Positions 9,733-18,473 of a stretch of 32,000 nucleotides of DNA are shown here, in pieces. How positions within the stretch are numbered: position 1 is the first letter of the stretch; each line of letters opens with the position of its first letter. The stretch spans positions 600,001 to 632,000 of the forward strand of contig OW818668.1 of the NCBI GenBank assembly GCA_942493105.1, given 5' to 3'. Both the position numbers and the translations under genes were made by a program. The notes beneath the pieces are model-generated. The model ran no database searches, was not told the DNA's origin, and worked only from the letters and a program-made list of their open reading frames with translations. The DNA is from an uncultured Erysipelotrichaceae bacterium (lineage in GTDB: Bacteria > Bacillota_I > Bacilli_A > Erysipelotrichales > Erysipelotrichaceae).

Positions 9733-9891
9733 CTGTTATCACCTTTCTGGGCTTTATGACCCTTTCTTTACCTATACAAGATGTATCATTAAGTTGACAA
9801 GATCATTAAACATTTGAATGAATTTCTATAATGTTCATTATACCTTCTAAGCAATCCATTATCTTTGATTTATGAAATCTTTGCGAACCAT

Positions 9892-9920
9892 TTGACAATT
9901 TGGATTAACTGTATTAGTAT
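9892..9920 (+). promoter_or_regulatory. Sigma-A-type promoter of the GntR-ABC operon
   Basis: TTGACA (9892-9897), 17-nt spacer, TAGTAT (9915-9920). Confidence 0.5.
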
Positions 9921-9938
9921 AGTAATACAGTGATACAG
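9908..9938. promoter_or_regulatory. Candidate YtrA/GntR operator (9-6-9 perfect inverted repeat plus a third half-site)
   Basis: ACTGTATTA (9908-9916) gtatag TAATACAGT (9923-9931), followed by GATACAG (9932-9938). Overlaps the -10 box. Confidence 0.5.
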
Positions 9939-9952
9939 CAAGGAGGACAGTT

Positions 9953-10324
9953 ATGATTGTTGTAAACGGACAAAGCATTACACCGATCTATCAACAGATC
10001 ATCGATCAGATTCTCGCACAGATTGCCAGCGGGATCTTGGTTCATGATGACCCGTTGCCTGGTATACGAACGATGGCTAAAGATTTAGGGATCAACCCTA
10101 ACACGGTGGTTAAAGCGTATACCGAACTGGAAAGAGAAGGATTCGTATATTCTTTGACCGGTAAAGGTTACTATGTATCTAAGACAGAACAAGACCACAG
10201 TGAACTAAAAGCTCAGAAACTTGCCGAAATTCGCAAAAACATCGAATATGTCAAACATTTCGGGGTGAGTGAAAATACACTGATTGACTTGGTCAACACC
10301 ATCTACAAGGAGAATAAACAATGA
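9953..10324 (+). CDS. GntR-family transcriptional regulator, YtrA subfamily
   Basis: 123 aa: a winged HTH (PGIRTMAKDLGINPNTVVKAYTELEREG) with a short C-terminal helix pair. ATGA overlap with the ABC ATPase gene. Confidence 0.85.
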   Translation: MIVVNGQSITPIYQQIIDQILAQIASGILVHDDPLPGIRTMAKDLGINPNTVVKAYTELEREGFVYSLTGKGYYVSKTEQDHSELKAQKLAEIRKNIEYVKHFGVSENTLIDLVNTIYKENKQ

Positions 10325-11211
10325 TTGCCTTAAAGAATATCAAAAAATCCTTTGACAATAAACTTGTCCTTGAAAACATCCATTGGGAAATTCCAAAAGG
10401 CTCTATATATGGCTTAGTAGGACCCAACGGTGCTGGAAAAAGCACCCTTTTACGTTTAATGAGTGGTGTATTAAGTCCAGATGCGGGACAAATTACTTTA
10501 GAAGGTGAGATTGTTTATGACAATCCTTCTGTCAAAAAGAGAATCATGTTTGTTCCAGATGATCCCTTCTTCTTGACTCAATCCACCTTAAAAGAAATGA
10601 AGAAATTCTATCAGATCTTTTATTCTACATTCAATGAAGAAATGTATAAAAAACTGTTAGGTCATTTCAAACTCAATGAGAATGATAAGATCAATGATTA
10701 TTCTAAAGGGATGAAAAGACAAGCAAGTGTGATATTGGCCTTGTCTTGCGATCCTGAAGTCTTACTCTTGGATGAAGCCTTTGATGGGTTAGATCCTGTC
10801 ATGCGTTTGATGTTTAAGCGTTTGATCACCGATGAATTGATGAATCGACAAATCACAGTCGTTATATCCTCCCATAACTTAAGAGAATTAGAAGACATCT
10901 GTGATTCGATTGCACTATTGGATCACCATACGATATCCATCCAAGATGAAGTTGAAAATATACGTTCAAATTATCATAAGTTGCAGATCGGTTACACCAA
11001 AGAACAAGGTTCCGACATCTTTAAAGAAATCGCACCTTTGCATCTTGAACAGCGAGGTCATGTTTATCTGATGGTCGCCAAAGGCGATATCAGTTCAATT
11101 AGAACTTTGATTGAAAGTACTCAACCTGTCTTATTGGAAGAAATCCCAATAACAATGGAAGAAGTCTTTGTCTATGAAATGGAGGCTAAAGGTTATGGTC
11201 AACTTGTTTAA
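10321..11211 (+). CDS. ABC transporter ATP-binding protein
   Basis: Walker A GPNGAGKST, signature YSKGMKRQ, Walker B LLLDEAFDGLD, H-loop SSHN. Confidence 0.92.
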   Translation: MIALKNIKKSFDNKLVLENIHWEIPKGSIYGLVGPNGAGKSTLLRLMSGVLSPDAGQITLEGEIVYDNPSVKKRIMFVPDDPFFLTQSTLKEMKKFYQIFYSTFNEEMYKKLLGHFKLNENDKINDYSKGMKRQASVILALSCDPEVLLLDEAFDGLDPVMRLMFKRLITDELMNRQITVVISSHNLRELEDICDSIALLDHHTISIQDEVENIRSNYHKLQIGYTKEQGSDIFKEIAPLHLEQRGHVYLMVAKGDISSIRTLIESTQPVLLEEIPITMEEVFVYEMEAKGYGQLV

Positions 11212-13435
11212 ACCAAGACTTCAAACAGAATATTTAAAATTCTTACTTAAACGTAATGCTCGATATATGCTGATCATGAGTATTGCGATGCTGACCCTTT
11301 ATCCTGTATTGGCCATTACGGTAAATATTCTATCCAGATCTAGTGGTTATGATGGGATTCGTGAAACAGGGATGTTTTTCAACATTGGATTATTGTTGCT
11401 GACCTCTTTTATGATTCCACTACAGATCATGAACTATATGAATTCTAAAAAGAATTTAGATGTGTTTCATGCCTTGCCGATCAAACGTTCAGATTTATTG
11501 TTGACGTCTTTGATTGCAGCGATCTTGATCGTTATTGTCCCATTTACAGTCGGTTGGTTTAGTGGCGGCATATTGACCATGACATCAGAAATTAATTTCT
11601 TGGTCATCTTAGAACGTTACTTTGCTTTGATTGGTATCTCGACAGCTATCTTAAGCATCGTCTTGTTTACGATGATGAACACCGGAACAAGCTTAGATGC
11701 CTTCTTATACTCTGTGGTATTAAATTTCTTGCCGATCTTAGCCTATGGCGCATACATCTTATTTGTTCAAACCATCTTATTGGGTTTCTCAATTGGTGAT
11801 TTAACAAAGATCATTGGGATCATCTTCCCAATCTATGCTTTGTTTGAAAGTGGCTTTGAGTTCAATTCTAGGATGTGGATGAATGGTTATGCGAATGGGG
11901 TCTATTGGCTCATCGTTGCCAGTTGTATTATCCTATTAAGCAATCAGTTTTATTTAAGACGTAAATCAGAAAAGGCAGAGAAACCTTTCACCAACAAGAC
12001 CTTCTTCCCTACAGTAAGCGGTTTGTTGATCATCTTGTTTATCATCTTCTTATACTGTGTTATCTATAGTCTAAATTCAATGACTTTCTATACTTCGTAT
12101 TATTCTCCCATTAATTTCATATTCCCTATTTTCTTCAGTATGGTTTTGTATCTGGTCATGGATGCGATTGCGGAAAGAGGATTTAAACATTTGTTTAGAG
12201 CCTTCTTGAATTATCTGATCATCGCAGCAGTTGCCTTCTCCTTATTGATTGGAGGACTGGTAACCAAAGGCTTTGGTTATGCTTCTAAGATTCCTGCTTT
12301 ATCCAACATTGAATCGGTTGATGTCACCATTGACGATTATACTGATTTAATCATCCCTTCACCTGATGCTTCAGCCGGATTTACTCGTGATCCACAACGT
12401 GTTTTGAGTTTCACGATTGATGCCGACATTAAAGCTGTTTACGATTTACATAAGATCATTATTTCAGAATATAAGTGGATCGACTACAACTATGGTTACT
12501 CAGATAGGGGCAATCTTATAGAGATGATTGAAGACCAACCTGGTTATCAAAAGTCATATGTCCCTTTACCCTTCATATCCAATGAGTATAATGCATCCAT
12601 CAATCTTACGATTACTTATCATTTAAAAGGTGGAAGTACTCAAAAACGAGAATACTATGTGCCCATTCAATGGGCTGGAGTTCTCTTAGCTCTCAATAAT
12701 TCTCCTGAAATCATCAAACTTACAGCACCAAACTTATCCGATATCAACACTTATTCTGTGGTAACGGTTGCGAAATGGGCTTCACTCATATCTGGTTCAA
12801 GTGTCAATGTGAGTGCGTTGAATCTTCAGGCTTTGAAAACGGCTTATCTTGAAGATCTCGCTTCCTTGAGCGATGCTCAAATCATCTCAACAGAATACAC
12901 AGCATTAGGTTATCTCTCACTGGAGACTTGTAAAGATTCAACGAAAGTGAGCTGCATTAATTCAAGCATCGATGTTGATACACGCTATACAAGAATTGTT
13001 GCCTACCTTGAATCTAAGGGTGTGCAATTAACTCCTAATCCTGAATTGATCACAGAGTGGCCAAAAGCAGCCTTATTACTGCCCAACGAAAGTACTAGTC
13101 CTTTACTTAAAGACAGTGCCTTATTCAAAGTGGCTATGTCTGGCTCATCCATGAAATCAGTTCAAGAAATGTTTTACTACAACTATGAAACCTCTTCTCC
13201 ATACCCATTCACTTACGTTGAGTTAACTAATGCACAGCTTCTGGCACTCTTGCCTTATGTCTCTCAAAAGGGTGTATCAAGTGTCCCGTTGATGTCTTTA
13301 GCACTACAAAATGGTTATGGTAACCTCTTGGTTCAAGCCCAGTATACAGATGAAGTCTTAGCGATCATTGCTGAGAATCCACGTAAAACAAGCACAGAGC
13401 TTTATACCATCTTTGATTCCATGATTAAAAATTAA
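11195..13435 (+). CDS. Polytopic membrane protein (putative ABC-2-like permease partner) with a large C-terminal extracytoplasmic domain of unknown family
   Basis: ATG at 11195 lies 9 nt after ggagg and overlaps the ATPase stop; the track start at 11168 is a TTG. About 10 hydrophobic segments fill the first half, and the last roughly 360 aa are soluble. Confidence 0.6.
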   Translation: MVNLFKPRLQTEYLKFLLKRNARYMLIMSIAMLTLYPVLAITVNILSRSSGYDGIRETGMFFNIGLLLLTSFMIPLQIMNYMNSKKNLDVFHALPIKRSDLLLTSLIAAILIVIVPFTVGWFSGGILTMTSEINFLVILERYFALIGISTAILSIVLFTMMNTGTSLDAFLYSVVLNFLPILAYGAYILFVQTILLGFSIGDLTKIIGIIFPIYALFESGFEFNSRMWMNGYANGVYWLIVASCIILLSNQFYLRRKSEKAEKPFTNKTFFPTVSGLLIILFIIFLYCVIYSLNSMTFYTSYYSPINFIFPIFFSMVLYLVMDAIAERGFKHLFRAFLNYLIIAAVAFSLLIGGLVTKGFGYASKIPALSNIESVDVTIDDYTDLIIPSPDASAGFTRDPQRVLSFTIDADIKAVYDLHKIIISEYKWIDYNYGYSDRGNLIEMIEDQPGYQKSYVPLPFISNEYNASINLTITYHLKGGSTQKREYYVPIQWAGVLLALNNSPEIIKLTAPNLSDINTYSVVTVAKWASLISGSSVNVSALNLQALKTAYLEDLASLSDAQIISTEYTALGYLSLETCKDSTKVSCINSSIDVDTRYTRIVAYLESKGVQLTPNPELITEWPKAALLLPNESTSPLLKDSALFKVAMSGSSMKSVQEMFYYNYETSSPYPFTYVELTNAQLLALLPYVSQKGVSSVPLMSLALQNGYGNLLVQAQYTDEVLAIIAENPRKTSTELYTIFDSMIKN

Positions 13436-13444
13436 GCATCAAGT

Positions 13445-13477
13445 AAAACCCTCACACTAAATTGGTGTGGGGGTTTT
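13445..13477. terminator. Bidirectional intrinsic terminator between convergent permease and GT2 genes
   Basis: aaaaccctcacac / ggtgtgggggtttt hairpin with flanking A and T runs. Confidence 0.7.
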
Positions 13478-13483
13478 CTTATG

Positions 13484-14491
13484 TCATTTCAGTTTATGCT
13501 TCAGTTGATTTAGATGATAATACATGGTGCTCGCCAAATTGATGCCTAATCTTTGACTAGTATGTGCGACCCATTGATATCTTTTGTAGTTTGGATAATT
13601 AAGCAATTCTTTATGCTTGATCAATTCATCTAGGATGATTTTTTCTTCTTTAGCCTTGTTTAGGATTCTAAAACTAACGATGCTGGTAAAATATAACTCA
13701 CTTGTTCTATGGATGAAAAGATCCAAAGCCTCTTTATCTTGGAAGTATTTTGGTGCTTCTTCAAGCCAATAAGCACTGATTTTAATACGATCCAGAATTT
13801 TCTTTAGACTTAAACTGCCTGTGATTTGATTGGTTCTGTTTATACGATAAGCATAAAAGTATAAGGGGATGTAGAGCACACGATCCAAACTCAACAAGAC
13901 TTGAAAGACCCACTTCATGTCTTCAAAATATAGCCCTTCTTCAAACTTGATGTGATGTTTGATCAGTTCTTCGCGTTTGACGATGAATCTGAACACAGCG
14001 ACATTCATATGTTTGTTGATCTTAAGTAAACTAATCACGAAATCCTTTCCATTAAGTGCTTGTTTAGTGTGAAAAGTTCGGTCTTGATCCATCTCAGTCA
14101 ATTCACCTGTTAATTGATTGAGTTTTATATAGTCAACCATAAAAACTTCACAGTCTTTATTTCTATAAATCTCTGTTTTAAGCTGTTGAAACGAGTTTTC
14201 AAGCCAATAGTCATCTGAATCCATGAAGATGATATATTCCCCTTGAGCCAACTCAAATCCAGTGTTACGGGCAGCCGAACACCCACGGTTTTTAGTGTGA
14301 ACAAAAGTTACGTTTTTATATTTTGCTTGAGCATTCTGACAAATTGAAAAGGATGTATCGGTTGAACCATCATCCACCAAGATGACTTCATCATGTTCAT
14401 CAATTTGACTTATGATGCTTTCTATACATTGCTCTAAGTATTTTTCAACATTATAAACAGGAATGATGATTGAAAACTTAAACTTGCTCAT
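13484..14491 (-). CDS. Family 2 glycosyltransferase
   Basis: FSIIIPVYNVEKYLEQCIESIISQ ... VILVDDGSTD ... FMDSDD (DxD) motifs. Confidence 0.85.
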   Translation of the reverse strand: MSKFKFSIIIPVYNVEKYLEQCIESIISQIDEHDEVILVDDGSTDTSFSICQNAQAKYKNVTFVHTKNRGCSAARNTGFELAQGEYIIFMDSDDYWLENSFQQLKTEIYRNKDCEVFMVDYIKLNQLTGELTEMDQDRTFHTKQALNGKDFVISLLKINKHMNVAVFRFIVKREELIKHHIKFEEGLYFEDMKWVFQVLLSLDRVLYIPLYFYAYRINRTNQITGSLSLKKILDRIKISAYWLEEAPKYFQDKEALDLFIHRTSELYFTSIVSFRILNKAKEEKIILDELIKHKELLNYPNYKRYQWVAHTSQRLGINLASTMYYHLNQLKHKLK

Positions 14492-14527
14492 ATAAGAAAC
14501 CCCCTTATTTACTATGATGATCGAATG

Positions 14528-15163
14528 TTAATCTATTGGAAACGGAATATTCTCTTTTGAAAGACTGGCTTCCCATAAATAGAATGAAGCATATGTTTGA
14601 TAAGGCGCTGTTTTTTGATAAATCTCAGCGAAGAATTCTTTTGATACCTTCTCTAGATGATATAGACGCATGATGCCTCTTCTAATGGCCAAATCATCAT
14701 AACTCATCACATCCATCTTCTTCAAACTAAAAATAAGGACCATTTGTACAGTCCATAGACCAACACCTTTAATTGGTAATAATGACTCAATAATTTCTTG
14801 AGTACTCATGGTTTGTAGTGCGTCCCATTTTATGGAACCATCCAGTTTTGTTTGTGCGACGTTTTTTAAGTAGGATGCTTTTGAGCCAGATAAACCTAAA
14901 GTTCTCAGCTCTTCGATTGGTGTGTCTATGATGGCTTGTGGATCACCGTTAGGAAATCGTGCAAACACTTTCTTTCCGATAGATTCAGCAGCTTTACCTG
15001 ATACTTGTTGAGCTATGATGCAATCAAGGGTTGAAACATAAGGGTCTTCAAGGGTACTTCGACTTAAAGAACCTGTTTTCTTAATGAATGCACCTAAAAT
15101 ACCATCTTGTTTACAGAGAAATTCAATGGCTTCTTGACTAACTGTGATTTGTTCTTGACTCAT
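14528..15163 (-). CDS. HhH-GPD DNA glycosylase, AlkA-like 3-methyladenine DNA glycosylase II
   Basis: HhH segment LLPIKGVGLWTVQMVLIF followed by a conserved Asp (SYDDLAIRRG). The ATG overlaps the metG stop (ATGA at 15160-15163). Confidence 0.75.
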   Translation of the reverse strand: MSQEQITVSQEAIEFLCKQDGILGAFIKKTGSLSRSTLEDPYVSTLDCIIAQQVSGKAAESIGKKVFARFPNGDPQAIIDTPIEELRTLGLSGSKASYLKNVAQTKLDGSIKWDALQTMSTQEIIESLLPIKGVGLWTVQMVLIFSLKKMDVMSYDDLAIRRGIMRLYHLEKVSKEFFAEIYQKTAPYQTYASFYLWEASLSKENIPFPID

Positions 15164-17067
15164 CGAATGTTGCCATTTTTGAGTGTATGTAAATGAAGGA
15201 TCTCGAGTTGGTCTTGTTCTTCACCAACCAACAACATGCCGCTAGATAAGACCCCTCTTAATTTAACAGGTTTTAGATTTACGACGACCACAACCTGTTG
15301 ACCAACCAAATCCTTAGCTTCAAACTGAGGACGTAAACCACTAACGATTTGTCTTACTTCTGGTCCAATTTGTACTTGAGAAACCAAGAGTTTATCAGAG
15401 TCTGGATGATTTTCACAACTTAAGACCTTACCGATTCTCAGATCGATCTTATTAAAATCATCGATACTGATCTCTGTTTTAACTTCAAGTTTAGCTTGCG
15501 TTGGTTGAAGTTTCTCTAGGATCACTTTCGCATCTAATCTTTGAAAGAGTATTGTAGGTGTCTCTGTGATTTTGGTCTCATTGACGATCCCGTTGAATGA
15601 GTTTAAAGAAGCTAAGTCTCTAGCCTGAGTATTCAGTTGGTTCAAAATTGAATCTGCTGTTTCAGGAATAAATGAGTGTAATAAAACAGCTGAAAACCGT
15701 ATGGCTTCACATAAGTTATAGATGACGGTTTTTAATCTAGGAAGATCTGCAGGATCTTTCGCAAGATTCCAAGGCAATGTTTCATCGATGTATTTGTTGG
15801 ATCTTCTTAAGAGCTCAAAAACATCATCGATCGCATCTTGGACTCTTAGATGAGCCATATGTTCACTGACTTTCACAGGTGTTTCTAAAGCCAAGGTGAT
15901 GAGTTCTGAATCAAAAGGACCTGAAACTTCAGGATTTTCTAAAATGCCTCCAAAGTACTTATTGGCCATCGTGAGTGTACGATTGACCAAATTACCTAAG
16001 ATGTTGGCTAAATCAGAATTGATCCGTTCAATCATGATGTCATAAGTCAAGGTCCCATCTTGAGCAAAAGGCATTTCATGAAGCATCAAGTATCTGACTG
16101 AATCTACTCCAAACAGTTTAACCAAATCATCTGCATAAATCACATTGCCTTTAGATTTGCTCATCTTACCTTCACCAACCAAAAGCCATGGATGACCAAA
16201 GACTTGTTTAGGCAAAGGAATATCTAAAGCCATCAACATGATTGGCCAATAGATCGTATGGAAACGTAAGATATCTTTACCGATCAAATGGAGATCAGCT
16301 GGCCAAAAGCGCAAGAAATTCTCGCCATGCTGACCATCCGCATCATATCCAATGCCGGTGATATAGTTACTTAAGGCATCGATCCACACATATACAACAT
16401 GCCTTGAATCAAAAGATACAGGAACGCCCCATTTAAATGAAGTCCTTGAGACAGCGAGATCTTGAAGGCCTGGCTTCAAGAAGTTATTGATCATCTCATT
16501 CTTGCGGCTTTCTGGCTGAATGAATTCAGGATGATCTTCGATGTGTTTGATCAAACGATCTGTATATTTACTGAGTTTAAAGAAATAGGATTCTTCTTTA
16601 GCCTTTTCAACAGGTCCACCACAATCTGGACATTTGGCATCTTTTAGTTGTGTTTCCGTATAAAAAGACTCACAGGCTTTACAATACCAGCCTTCATATT
16701 CGCCTTTATAGATATCACCTTGATCATAAAGTTTCTTGAAGATCTTTTGAATCTGCAGCTCATGATCCGCATCTGTCGTACGAATGAACTTGTCATAAGA
16801 AGTATTCATCAGATCAAATAGACCTCTGATGACTGCCGCAACTTCATCGACATAGACTTTTGGTGTCTTTCCAGCTTCTTTAGCCTTGTCTTCGATCTTT
16901 TGGCCATGTTCATCGGTTCCAGTCATAAAGAAGACATTATAGCCTTCTTGGCGCTTGTATCTTGCAATCGAATCCGCTAAAACGATCTCATAAATATTCC
17001 CAATATGAGGTTTACCTGAGGTATACGCAATCGCTGTCGTCATGTAGAAATCTTGTTTTGTTTTCAT
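15160..17067 (-). CDS. metG: Methionine--tRNA ligase with C-terminal tRNA-binding (EMAP/Trbp111-like) domain
   Basis: HIGN (HIGH) motif, zinc knuckle CKACE...CPDCG, KMSKS motif, C-terminal DLRIGKVLSCENHPDSDKLL. Confidence 0.97.
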   Translation of the reverse strand: MKTKQDFYMTTAIAYTSGKPHIGNIYEIVLADSIARYKRQEGYNVFFMTGTDEHGQKIEDKAKEAGKTPKVYVDEVAAVIRGLFDLMNTSYDKFIRTTDADHELQIQKIFKKLYDQGDIYKGEYEGWYCKACESFYTETQLKDAKCPDCGGPVEKAKEESYFFKLSKYTDRLIKHIEDHPEFIQPESRKNEMINNFLKPGLQDLAVSRTSFKWGVPVSFDSRHVVYVWIDALSNYITGIGYDADGQHGENFLRFWPADLHLIGKDILRFHTIYWPIMLMALDIPLPKQVFGHPWLLVGEGKMSKSKGNVIYADDLVKLFGVDSVRYLMLHEMPFAQDGTLTYDIMIERINSDLANILGNLVNRTLTMANKYFGGILENPEVSGPFDSELITLALETPVKVSEHMAHLRVQDAIDDVFELLRRSNKYIDETLPWNLAKDPADLPRLKTVIYNLCEAIRFSAVLLHSFIPETADSILNQLNTQARDLASLNSFNGIVNETKITETPTILFQRLDAKVILEKLQPTQAKLEVKTEISIDDFNKIDLRIGKVLSCENHPDSDKLLVSQVQIGPEVRQIVSGLRPQFEAKDLVGQQVVVVVNLKPVKLRGVLSSGMLLVGEEQDQLEILHLHTLKNGNIR

Positions 17068-17077
17068 TGTTCCTCCT

Positions 17078-17274
17078 GTGCAAAAGAAAAGCGCCCGCTA
17101 AGGACGCTTTCACGTGGTTCCACCTTAGTTCACCGTCATACGACAGTGCACTCGATCCCATATCGCCGGGTCGCGCTGATGGTTAATAAGCCCATACTTG
17201 TTAGGTTCATGACCGGTTTTCACCAAGCACCGGTTCTCTATGCAATCGCCAAACATTCATGCTCTCATCAAGAT
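17078..17274 (-). promoter_or_regulatory. T-box riboswitch leader, methionine specifier (AUG), with terminator/antiterminator
   Basis: Minus strand shows, in canonical order: AGAGA bulge (17235-17239), distal loop GGTGAAAA, specifier tcATGAacc (AUG at 17208-17210 followed by A), T-box gaactaAGGTGGaACCacGtg (17111-17131), and terminator aaagcgtcc-ttagc-gggcgcttt + tcttttg (17082-17110). Confidence 0.85.
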
Positions 17275-17280
17275 AGGTCA

Positions 17281-17309
17281 ATTATAAGAGTTTAAACCGA
17301 TTTTGTAAA
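17281..17309 (-). promoter_or_regulatory. Promoter of the T-box/metG operon
   Basis: Minus strand: TTTACA (17309-17304), 17-nt spacer, TATAAT (17286-17281). Confidence 0.55.
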
Positions 17310-17351
17310 GGCAAGACGTGTGTAGAGTCTTAGGCTCTAACCCACTTTTAT

Positions 17352-18338
17352 TTATTTGATTTTTGTAGCGCTTCCAATATTTCCGTCATAACTTACCGCA
17401 ACTATTTCAGTTGTAACATTATTTTGATTGGCATTAAACCTTAATTCTAGGAACATCACATCATTAGCTTGATTTCCATATTTGAATGTGATGAAGCGAG
17501 TATTATATAGACCTTTGCTTTCATTGAGTTTACTTAAGGTTGCTGGTAGATTATAGGGACTTCCAGCTCTTTTAAATTGTACATTGACACTTCTGTCTTC
17601 ATCTTCCACACCATCACTATTTTTAGTAAACGTCATTTCCCCGGAAATGATCAAAGTCATCTTCTCGTTAACAGCATATTGTGTTTCTTTACCATAATCG
17701 CCCCACTGTATGACCCATGTCCCCTCCCACTTTGTGGTTTCTTTGTAGGACCAACTCTCAACAGTGTATTTCCAACCTTCTTGATAATCGTATTTCGCTT
17801 TGACTGTAGAGGTCAGTTTTGATGTCCAAAGATTGACAGTTTCATTTCTTTCAAGCACATAATTTGCCTCACCACGCTCTAAATTCAAACTCTTTGATAA
17901 GATGACTGGTTCAACTGTATTGATGCCTATTTCAAATTGTTTGTTGAGTTCAGGATCGACTTTAAATTCTTTTAGGACCTCTTTCTCATCCGTTTCATTT
18001 TTAACACCTACCGCCTTATAGGTAAACTGTGTATTAACAGCTTTCCATGTTTTTTTATCCCATTCATAATTGATGATGATTTCACCTGACACAATGGCTT
18101 CCCCATTATCATAGGTCAAATCTGCGATGACCAGTGCTTGGGTTCCCTGAACTGCTTGAGTATTTACTTTAATGGAGACTACTTTTTCAAATTTTGCCTT
18201 TATTAAATCCAAGACGACTGCGTCTTGTTGAATTTGTTCAATGGTTACTTGTGTTGTTGGTTTGGTGGAATTTGTACATGCTGCCATGCTCATGATCAGG
18301 ATGGCAATGATTCCAACTTTGATAATTTTGGAGTTCAA
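17352..18338 (-). CDS. Lipoprotein of unknown function (paralog A)
   Basis: TTG start with SD aagga 6 nt upstream. Signal peptide MNSKIIKVGIIAILIMSMAAC (lipobox M-A-A-C). Shares YDYxxGW / TLxxxG blocks with the ORF at 20745..21716. Confidence 0.7.
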   Translation of the reverse strand: MNSKIIKVGIIAILIMSMAACTNSTKPTTQVTIEQIQQDAVVLDLIKAKFEKVVSIKVNTQAVQGTQALVIADLTYDNGEAIVSGEIIINYEWDKKTWKAVNTQFTYKAVGVKNETDEKEVLKEFKVDPELNKQFEIGINTVEPVILSKSLNLERGEANYVLERNETVNLWTSKLTSTVKAKYDYQEGWKYTVESWSYKETTKWEGTWVIQWGDYGKETQYAVNEKMTLIISGEMTFTKNSDGVEDEDRSVNVQFKRAGSPYNLPATLSKLNESKGLYNTRFITFKYGNQANDVMFLELRFNANQNNVTTEIVAVSYDGNIGSATKIK

Positions 18339-18442
18339 TTTGTTTCCTTAAGTGGTTTTATAGGATTTATAAAATCAATTGTGAGTTTATTTTAACACAA
18401 TCTGCGCTTAACTTTTTAATTTTTTCACAATGAGGGGGATAT

Positions 18443-18469
18443 AAGAAACCTGCACCAAATCGGTGCAGG
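18443..18469 (-). terminator. Intrinsic terminator after the vWA gene
   Basis: Minus strand: cctgcacc-gattt-ggtgcagg, followed by tttctta. Begins 5 nt after the stop. Confidence 0.7.
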
Positions 18470-18473
18470 GCTC

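Noticed and set aside
17111-17120. CACGTG core resembling a parS half-site (ctttCACGTGgttc)
   Set aside because: It is part of the T-box antiterminator sequence, and the flanks do not match TGTTNCACGTGAAACA.
16962-17295. Two plus-strand ORFs (74 and 80 aa) between metG and the lipoprotein gene
   Set aside because: The region reads as a complete T-box riboswitch on the minus strand. The ORFs are by-products of that GC-richer structured leader.
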